Source: a virus
Taxonomy: Duplodnaviria; Caudoviricetes
Direction: 5' to 3' (one strand)
IMG/VR virus record: IMGVR_UViG_3300011334_000550
Location: 1 to 42,779 of that record
Length of the DNA: 42,779 nt
Shown here in pieces: positions 36,569 through 42,779 of this stretch; within the stretch, counting starts at the first letter, position 1, and each line of letters starts with the position of its first letter. Made by a program: the position numbers and the translations under genes. The notes beneath the pieces were generated by a model that was not told the origin of the DNA, did not search any database, and was given only the letters and a program-made list of their open reading frames with translations.

Positions 36569-37132
36569 TTATTCAATTCCAACATAAAATGAGGATGATG
36601 TAAAGTATATTGCTCCATTTGGAGCAGTTCCTGTTAAAATAACAGATGATGTTGCTAAAACAACTACTCCACTTTGAGATATTTGCAGTAAATTGTTGTT
36701 GGAGGAGTTAAATATTTGTAAAGGAATTTGTGCTGATGAAGTTACTTGTATGCCGTCTATTACCTTTAATGTTGTTGTAGCGTTTCTTACTAAAAAGAAA
36801 TCACTGGTTGTGTATGATGGTAATGATGTAAATGAACCTTGTCCTATTAAAAATAAAGATCCTGTTATTCCAGCTGAACCTGTATATGGAAAACTGGAAC
36901 CTTGTGAACCTGAGGGGCCTTGAGAACCTGAAGGGCCTTGTGATCCTGAGGGGCCTTGACTTCCTATTGAACCCATAGGTCCTGTTGATATTTGAACAAC
37001 AGATGTTATAGGCTGAGTTACATCAACATTAGCATTAGCATTACTATCTACTACTGTTATAGTTCTGTTATTGTCTTGTAAAACCACCTGATTGTTGTCA
37101 GGAATAATATTTATTGGTCCTATATTAGACAT
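36569..37132 (-). CDS. virion protein with a short collagen-like segment
   Basis: GPMGSIGSQ(GPSGSQ)3; FPYTGSAGITGSL module. Confidence 0.72.
   Translation of the reverse strand: MSNIGPINIIPDNNQVVLQDNNRTITVVDSNANANVDVTQPITSVVQISTGPMGSIGSQGPSGSQGPSGSQGPSGSQGSSFPYTGSAGITGSLFLIGQGSFTSLPSYTTSDFFLVRNATTTLKVIDGIQVTSSAQIPLQIFNSSNNNLLQISQSGVVVLATSSVILTGTAPNGAIYFTSSSFYVGIE
36899..36960 (-). repeat. 18-bp tandem coding repeat (GPSGSQ)
   Basis: About 3.5 imperfect copies of ccttgwgawcctgarggg on the plus strand. Confidence 0.85.
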
Positions 37133-37512
37133 TATTGGGTTACTTCTTTAGATAATTTTACTTGGCCTTCTAAAATCCTTGTAACTATGCTTCCTGATCT
37201 TATTTCTAAATCATATACTCCTGTGTCAAAGGTTAATAGGGAAGATGAAGCAGCTGAAACATATATTGCTATTGAGCCAGATGTAGGAGGTGTGGTTCCA
37301 TTTGAACCACTAAAATTTAATCCTGTTCCATCAGTATTTAATGAGCTACTTAAAGTAATATACACTGTAGATGAGGCAACAGATGGACGAATTTGCATTT
37401 TTCCACTGTAGCTTGTAAGGTTAATAGGATTTCCACTAGAGTCTTTATATTGAAGTTCTAAATTTAATGTTGAACCTTGTTCTATAGTAAATGAATATCT
37501 ACCTGCAGCCAT
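37132..37512 (-). CDS. Ig-like/BppU-N-like virion protein
   Basis: IEQGST, PINLTSYSGKMQIR, GVYDLEI...RILEG.V.LS.EVT. Confidence 0.7.
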   Translation of the reverse strand: MAAGRYSFTIEQGSTLNLELQYKDSSGNPINLTSYSGKMQIRPSVASSTVYITLSSSLNTDGTGLNFSGSNGTTPPTSGSIAIYVSAASSSLLTFDTGVYDLEIRSGSIVTRILEGQVKLSKEVTQ

Positions 37513-37550
37513 TTTTATATCAGTTGTTTGTTATAAATATGTGAGGATTT

Positions 37551-38234
37551 TTAATCTCTAAATTCTTCGTATACTTTTAAAATTTCTTCTACAATTTCAT
37601 GTCTGTGATTTTTCTTTAAAGTAATAATTTTTACACCTTTAATTCTTTCTTCAAGACGTGGAAAAAATCCAATGCCAGAATCTTTTTTACTTTTTAAATC
37701 TACTTGCGCTAAATCACCACAAAAAACTATTTTACCGCCCTTGCCTAAACGACCTAACATCATTTCAGTTTGTTGACCTGTTATGTTTTGACATTCATCT
37801 ACTATAACAAAAGAATTTGGAAATGTTCTACCTCTCATAAAAGCAAAAGGCACAATTTCAATTTGGTTGTCTACAACCATTTTGTCAATTTTTTCTTTAT
37901 CATATAGTAAATAAAGATTTGCATATACTGGAGCTAACCAAGGATCCATTTTTTCTTTTAAGTCGCCAGGTAAAAACCCAATGTCTTCTTTTGACACAGT
38001 AGCTCGAGTAATTATAATTTTACTCATTTCTTTTTTAAAAACCATGTCTAAAGCTATTTGACATGCTACTAAAGTTTTACCTGAACCTGCCATTCCCTTA
38101 ATTAAAGTAACAGGATTGTCTAATATAATTTGTTTGGCTTCTTTTTGCTCCTCATTGAGAGATAATTTAAATTTTATTTCTCCTTTTAGTTTTTTTGTGT
38201 TTTGGAAGACTTCTTCATTTGTATTGTGAGACAT
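37551..38234 (-). CDS. phoH: PhoH-family ATPase
   Basis: GMAGSGKT, IGFLPGDLKEKMDPW, FMRGRTF, VDECQN, GDLAQVD, RH. Confidence 0.96.
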   Translation of the reverse strand: MSHNTNEEVFQNTKKLKGEIKFKLSLNEEQKEAKQIILDNPVTLIKGMAGSGKTLVACQIALDMVFKKEMSKIIITRATVSKEDIGFLPGDLKEKMDPWLAPVYANLYLLYDKEKIDKMVVDNQIEIVPFAFMRGRTFPNSFVIVDECQNITGQQTEMMLGRLGKGGKIVFCGDLAQVDLKSKKDSGIGFFPRLEERIKGVKIITLKKNHRHEIVEEILKVYEEFRD

Positions 38235-38370
38235 ATTTTTATAAGATAAGTATTGTAATTCAACTAAAAAAAACGTTTTATTAACGAATTTGCTTATAAC
38301 ATGGAGTTTTACATAACGTGTTTAATTAAATAAAATAAACATTAATAATACATTGATAAATATACTAAAG

Positions 38371-38403
38371 AAAAAAAGGACGCCTAATTTAGGCGTCCCT
38401 TTT
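38371..38403 (-). terminator. intrinsic terminator after the major capsid gene
   Basis: GGACGCCTAA/TTAGGCGTCC inverted repeat followed by T7. Confidence 0.9.
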
Positions 38404-38424
38404 AAAAATTATTCTAATTTATTA

Positions 38425-40128
38425 TTATAGGGTGTTTAGACCTGAAACATAAATCTTTCCGTAGAATTCCGGACGTAACATCTTCTTAGCGTAACGAGTC
38501 ATCAAACCTTTACGAGGTGTGAAAGTAGCTGGATCGTAGATAAGTGGTGTCATGATTAATGGAATGTATGGAGCAAATACAGCACCTGATTCAAGGAACT
38601 GTTTTCCGCGGAAGCCCATCAAAATAACGTTTTCAGTCATATAAGGATTCTTATAAACTGTGTAACGACTATTGATAGCTCCAACTTTTTGTACGCCCAT
38701 TGCATATTCCATGTTAGCAGCATCACCATTTGTGTTTGCAGCAAATCCTGGAATTGATTCTAAAACTGTAGCAACAGTTGGAGAACATACTAAGAAATTT
38801 GCACCACCACGAAGTGTTAATTGGTGAATTTTGTTGCTTACTTTTTGCATCTTTGTGCCTAAAGTTTGGAACCAACCACCTTGTGTGTTGTAGAATCCAG
38901 AAGTAGAAGCTACGAAAGCTGTGCCTGTAGCATTGATTACTGAGTTGTTGTTTACGTCCCAATATTCAGTTGCAGCTGCTGCGTCTTCAATCAACATGTC
39001 AAGAATTTCAAGATCAATTTCCATTGAAATGTATTCACTCATGATATTTGTCAATTCAGCTTCAGCATCGATATTCTGATAAGCGTTCAAATCTTGTGCA
39101 AATTCAGGTGTCCATACTGCTTTCAACTTTTTAGTTTTAGCTGTGATGGCTTGAGATTGCATTTTGATGTTGATTTCAGGAATAACAATTGTAGTTTGAC
39201 TTTGAGCATTTGGAACTGAAGGTGTTCCTGTTGTGTCTTCAAAGTCACCACGTGTGTTGTCAGCTGTTGACTTGTTGTAGAAAACAGTTAAAATTGATGT
39301 TATAGCCTGTGCTGCTAAAGTTGCTGATGCTGTGTAAAATAAAGCAATTGAGTTTGCAGTGTAATTGTAAGTAGTTAATTCTTGAATTTGGTTTGCTGCA
39401 GTAAATATAGAAGCAGATGTTCCTACAAAAGCACGAACGCCATCTGGATCAAAGTTAGTTAATGCAGAAGCAGTTACTGTAATTTTGTAAATTCTGTTAC
39501 CTATAGCAGAAGCTGAATAAGCAGCGTCAAAATTACATTCTGCCCAAGAAGCAGTAACAACAGTAGCTGTTCCAGATGCAACAGTTGGAAGTGTTCCACC
39601 ATTTGCTGAACCGGTAATTAAAATTGAAGATGAAAATTGATTTGTTGTGTAAGCAAAACGGCCCGCACCATACAAACCACCTACCGGAGATGGAGTTGCG
39701 AATGGAAATTGACCAGTTGCATTACGTGTTCCATATAAAGAACCACCACTTGCAAAAGGATTTGCTGTTGTTCCATATTGGAAATCTAGGAAAAACACTA
39801 GACCTGAAGGTAAGTTCATAGGTTGAACTGAAACGAACTCTTTTGCTGCGATTCCACCAAATACTTTACGTACTAACGGAAGAGCAATGCCAGCCCAGTT
39901 TTCAGATTGACCTACTGTAAAAGTACCACCTTGGCCTGTTGCACTAGATTCTACTACTAATTGTTTTGCTTGGTTTTCAAGTAAGATAGACATGTTGTTT
40001 TTGTCTACTTCTGAATTGAAGCCTTCAAGTAAGCCTGTTTTAGACCACTTGGACGCTAATTTCCCTGCATCACTTTGAAGTGATTTCCATGGATTTGCGG
40101 ATTCGAGTAATGTTTGAATTGAACTCAT
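38425..40128 (-). CDS. gp23: major capsid protein (T4 gp23-like)
   Basis: LLENQ, VSVQPMNLPSGLVF, AKTKKLKAVWTPEFAQDLNAY, EIDLEI, APYIPL, FTPRKGLMTRY. Confidence 0.96.
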   Translation of the reverse strand: MSSIQTLLESANPWKSLQSDAGKLASKWSKTGLLEGFNSEVDKNNMSILLENQAKQLVVESSATGQGGTFTVGQSENWAGIALPLVRKVFGGIAAKEFVSVQPMNLPSGLVFFLDFQYGTTANPFASGGSLYGTRNATGQFPFATPSPVGGLYGAGRFAYTTNQFSSSILITGSANGGTLPTVASGTATVVTASWAECNFDAAYSASAIGNRIYKITVTASALTNFDPDGVRAFVGTSASIFTAANQIQELTTYNYTANSIALFYTASATLAAQAITSILTVFYNKSTADNTRGDFEDTTGTPSVPNAQSQTTIVIPEINIKMQSQAITAKTKKLKAVWTPEFAQDLNAYQNIDAEAELTNIMSEYISMEIDLEILDMLIEDAAAATEYWDVNNNSVINATGTAFVASTSGFYNTQGGWFQTLGTKMQKVSNKIHQLTLRGGANFLVCSPTVATVLESIPGFAANTNGDAANMEYAMGVQKVGAINSRYTVYKNPYMTENVILMGFRGKQFLESGAVFAPYIPLIMTPLIYDPATFTPRKGLMTRYAKKMLRPEFYGKIYVSGLNTL

Positions 40129-40162
40129 TTTTTTGTTTGTTTTTTTTTTAAATTAATTGTTT

Positions 40163-41203
40163 TTACTTTTTTAGTCCTGCCAATTCACGCATACGTGCAA
40201 AGGCATCATTTTCAATAATTGGTTTTTTAATAGCATTGCCTAAAGATTTAGATGCTGAACTTAGTGATTCTTTAAGTGGGGATTTAGTAAAAGATACTTT
40301 TAGTCCTTCTGTTAAAGTCTCATAAACTAGTTGAGCTTCTTTTTTAGTTTTTGCTTTGTCAAACGCTGTTAAAACTTTTATTTTTTGTGATTCGGTTAAT
40401 GATTTGTTTCTGAAGATTTTGTTTGTGTAAAGAAGTTTAGCATTTAACAAGTTGATTTCGTTTAATTCAGATTTAAGATGTTTGATAACACCATATGCTT
40501 CTTCAAGCTCTTTATAACCTGTAAGTTTAGCTGCATCTTTAGCTGAGTATTCTTCATCATCTACTGAAGATGTGTCAGTTTTATATTCATCTTTTTCTTT
40601 AGTAAAGATAGAATTTTTAGATTTTGGAGATAAATCTTTTGCTGATTTCTTATAAGCTTCTTCCATTTCTTCTCCATCATTCATTTCTGCTAAAAGTTCA
40701 TCTAAATCAACTTCTTCTTCATCAGCTGGTTCATCATCTGCCATTTCTTCAGCACCTTCTTCATCTTCCATACCTTCATGACCAGCTTCCAATTCCTTGT
40801 TAGCTACCATGTCTTTAATAACATCTTCAATGAATGATTTAAGATCGTCTTCAGACATATCTTCAAGACTCATTTCTTCGTCTTTTTCATCTTTTTCTTC
40901 ATCTTTTTTAGCTTCATAAAGTTCCTCTTCCATTTTTGGAGATTCTTCAAGTTCAGCTAAAAGTTCGTCTAAAGAAATTTCATCTAGACCTTCATTGTTG
41001 TCATCTGCTTCACCATACATCATTTCATCCATGTCTTTATTCATGTCTCCCTCTTCCATTTCTGAAATTTTTTGAGAAAGTTTTTCTTTTAAAAACGGAG
41101 TGAATGATTCTGTTAATGCAGCTTTTGCATTTGCAATTGCTGTTTCTTTTACAGCTTTAGCATCTGCGATTGCTTCTCTAAGCAAGTCTCTGTTGTTTGC
41201 CAT
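40163..41203 (-). CDS. prohead scaffolding/core protein (T4 gp22-like; start reassigned to ATG 41203)
   Basis: Acidic helical protein with many LxE sites, between the protease and MCP genes; MANNRDLLREAIADAK. Confidence 0.8.
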   Translation of the reverse strand: MANNRDLLREAIADAKAVKETAIANAKAALTESFTPFLKEKLSQKISEMEEGDMNKDMDEMMYGEADDNNEGLDEISLDELLAELEESPKMEEELYEAKKDEEKDEKDEEMSLEDMSEDDLKSFIEDVIKDMVANKELEAGHEGMEDEEGAEEMADDEPADEEEVDLDELLAEMNDGEEMEEAYKKSAKDLSPKSKNSIFTKEKDEYKTDTSSVDDEEYSAKDAAKLTGYKELEEAYGVIKHLKSELNEINLLNAKLLYTNKIFRNKSLTESQKIKVLTAFDKAKTKKEAQLVYETLTEGLKVSFTKSPLKESLSSASKSLGNAIKKPIIENDAFARMRELAGLKK

Positions 41204-41340
41204 TTTTTTCCTAAATTTATTTTTTTGTTGGAAATACACTTAATGTGAACGAATGTTCAAAGCGTAATAAATATTGTTTTTGCCATGCCTCATAAATTGG
41301 GCACATTTGTTATACGTATGTGATTATTTGTTAAAAATGC

Positions 41341-41372
41341 AAAAAAGCGTTCCTGTTTTAAGGAAACGCTTT
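41341..41372 (-). terminator. intrinsic terminator after the protease gene
   Basis: AAAGCGTT(T)CCT/AGGAACGCTTT stem running into T6. Confidence 0.8.
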
Positions 41373-41409
41373 GGTTTAAATATGTTATATAAAGGGAGGT
41401 TAAAATTTA

Positions 41410-42009
41410 TTAAAATATTGGACAAGTTCCATTAGCACACAATATATCTGTAATAATACTGTTTACTTTACTATATGGATTGATTGGTGTTGACAGTCCT
41501 TCACGTAGTGGAGTCATATATGAACCTGGATTTGAAGGAGTAGAAACAAAGTCCCAACACAATAAGTCAAAGTCATCTTGCACTTCTAACACTTCACCTA
41601 CTTGTTTTAAACTTCCCATTCCACGAGATGACACTCCTACTTTAATTCCTGCTCCTATAAGTGCTTTTAATATATTTCCTGATGGTGTAGGTAAAAGTTC
41701 AATTGAACCCATTACGTTGTCTCCATCCCACCATAGTTTGCTAATGTTGTGAGATACATTTTTTAAGTTGATTACTTGAGAATCTGGGTGGTCTAGTTCA
41801 CCACATGCTCTTCTTTCTTTTACAAGAACATTGTATTTTTCTAATTCACGTTCCCACAATTCTTTTGAATAGTATCTTCCGTTGCCGTTTTTAACTTCAA
41901 CAGTTGCTAAAATGCCTTCAACTAATGGATTTCCACTTGTGCTCTTACCTTCAGTAAGAGTTATTGGTGACACATTAAATGGAAGAGTTTCTATTAGTAG
42001 TGATTTCAT
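41410..42009 (-). CDS. gp21: prohead core protease (T4 gp21-like)
   Basis: NGNGRYY, GELDHP, VSH, TPSG, GVSSRGMGS, DFVSTPS. Confidence 0.96.
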   Translation of the reverse strand: MKSLLIETLPFNVSPITLTEGKSTSGNPLVEGILATVEVKNGNGRYYSKELWERELEKYNVLVKERRACGELDHPDSQVINLKNVSHNISKLWWDGDNVMGSIELLPTPSGNILKALIGAGIKVGVSSRGMGSLKQVGEVLEVQDDFDLLCWDFVSTPSNPGSYMTPLREGLSTPINPYSKVNSIITDILCANGTCPIF

Positions 42010-42021
42010 GTTAATTTTGAA

Positions 42022-42779
42022 TTAGTAGCCATTCATATGTAAATCGTTAATTTCGCTCCAAGCATCATTACTTACTGCTATTATATCTTTAGTTCCATCA
42101 TCATATTCAACACTATATGATTTATCTCCATTTTGAACGTATGTTCTAACAACTTTTCCGTTTATTTCAATATACTCAGATCCGCTAATATTGCTTCTTT
42201 TTAATTCTTCTTTAATTAATTTAGCAATTACAGAGCGAAGTTTAGATTCTGCTAGTGAGTCTTTAGTATATGGTGGAAGTTCTCTTTCATCCCAACCTAT
42301 ATAACTACCAAATTTCAAAGCCTCTTCATAATATTCTTGAGCTTTTTCTAAATTTCCTTCTTCAAATGCTTTTTTACCTTTATCATAGTAATTTTCAGCA
42401 CCATATGCCATGTTTTTATCTTCATCAGCATCTCCATCTGAAGGATCAGTGTCAAAATATGGATTTTCTCCTGTTACTATTTCTTGCAACTTCATTTTCT
42501 TTTCAGCACCAGGCATTTTCATTTTTTTAACACCAGCTGAACTTTGAGGAGTTGTTGTCATTTCTTTAACTTTTTTAGGCATAGAATCTTTTGCTTCTTG
42601 ATCACCTAATGAGTTTTTAACGTTTGCTTTTACTTTTATTTCTTTGTCAATGTCACCATATCCACTTGATTTATGTTTGCCTTTTGCTTCTTTAGGCTCG
42701 CCTAAACCAGGAGCTTCAGTTGTGTAACCAACTCCTTTAATGCCAAATTCACCATTTTTAGTGTAAAACAATGGATCTT
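42022..42779 (-). CDS. hypothetical head-associated protein (5' end outside the window)
   Basis: Open frame to the edge; LQE, LAE and KLRSVIAKLIKEEL motifs like the leader peptides elsewhere. Confidence 0.65.
   Translation of the reverse strand, partial: DPLFYTKNGEFGIKGVGYTTEAPGLGEPKEAKGKHKSSGYGDIDKEIKVKANVKNSLGDQEAKDSMPKKVKEMTTTPQSSAGVKKMKMPGAEKKMKLQEIVTGENPYFDTDPSDGDADEDKNMAYGAENYYDKGKKAFEEGNLEKAQEYYEEALKFGSYIGWDERELPPYTKDSLAESKLRSVIAKLIKEELKRSNISGSEYIEINGKVVRTYVQNGDKSYSVEYDDGTKDIIAVSNDAWSEINDLHMNGY

Noticed and set aside
41391-41400. ACCTCCCTTT after the protease stop, resembling the 16S anti-Shine-Dalgarno tail
   Set aside because: Short, imperfect, single copy; not distinguishable from chance.
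4324-42530. Numerous plus-strand ORFs (e.g. 21003-21638, 24068-24562, 35922-36563) and nested minus-strand ORFs (4661-4846, 34687-35085, 38723-38962)
   Set aside because: They shadow well-supported minus-strand genes, mostly use non-ATG starts and show no motifs.
1-42779. tRNA genes, CRISPR arrays, introns/inteins, integrase, stop-codon reassignment
   Set aside because: None seen. Intergenic gaps are short, core enzymes are of normal or reduced length, and ORFs are intact under the standard code with TAA, TAG and TGA all used as stops.

Overview
A 42.8-kb stretch of a large, AT-rich, T4-like (contractile-tailed) phage genome. All credible genes are on the minus strand. Read right to left, it carries a head module (prohead protease, scaffold, major capsid protein), phoH, fibre/appendage genes, neck, sheath, tube, a free-standing endonuclease, a tail chaperone pair, tape measure and baseplate genes. 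These are followed by a replication/nucleotide block: compact PolA, gp32-like SSB, UvsX, 5'-3' exonuclease, helicase, class II RNR, a TGT/DpdA-like protein plus QueC, and thioredoxin. A Bacteroidota host is inferred from TTG-N20-TAnnTTWA promoters, a general lack of Shine-Dalgarno sites and a DUF4294-like gene. The most striking unexplained signal is a structured intergenic RNA at 14649-14731, where the structural block ends. It carries two segments antisense to adjacent, universally conserved stretches of 23S rRNA (helix 69 and the nucleotides just 3' of it). Other notable signals: a recurrent ATATTTATA late-promoter-like box, promoter-bounded cassettes encoding probable capsid-packaged effectors, a probable +1/-2 frameshift in the tail chaperone, a three-way-junction leader RNA, and a virion-wide [ST]-[GAS]-S motif. 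All calls come from motif recognition by eye; no searches were run.
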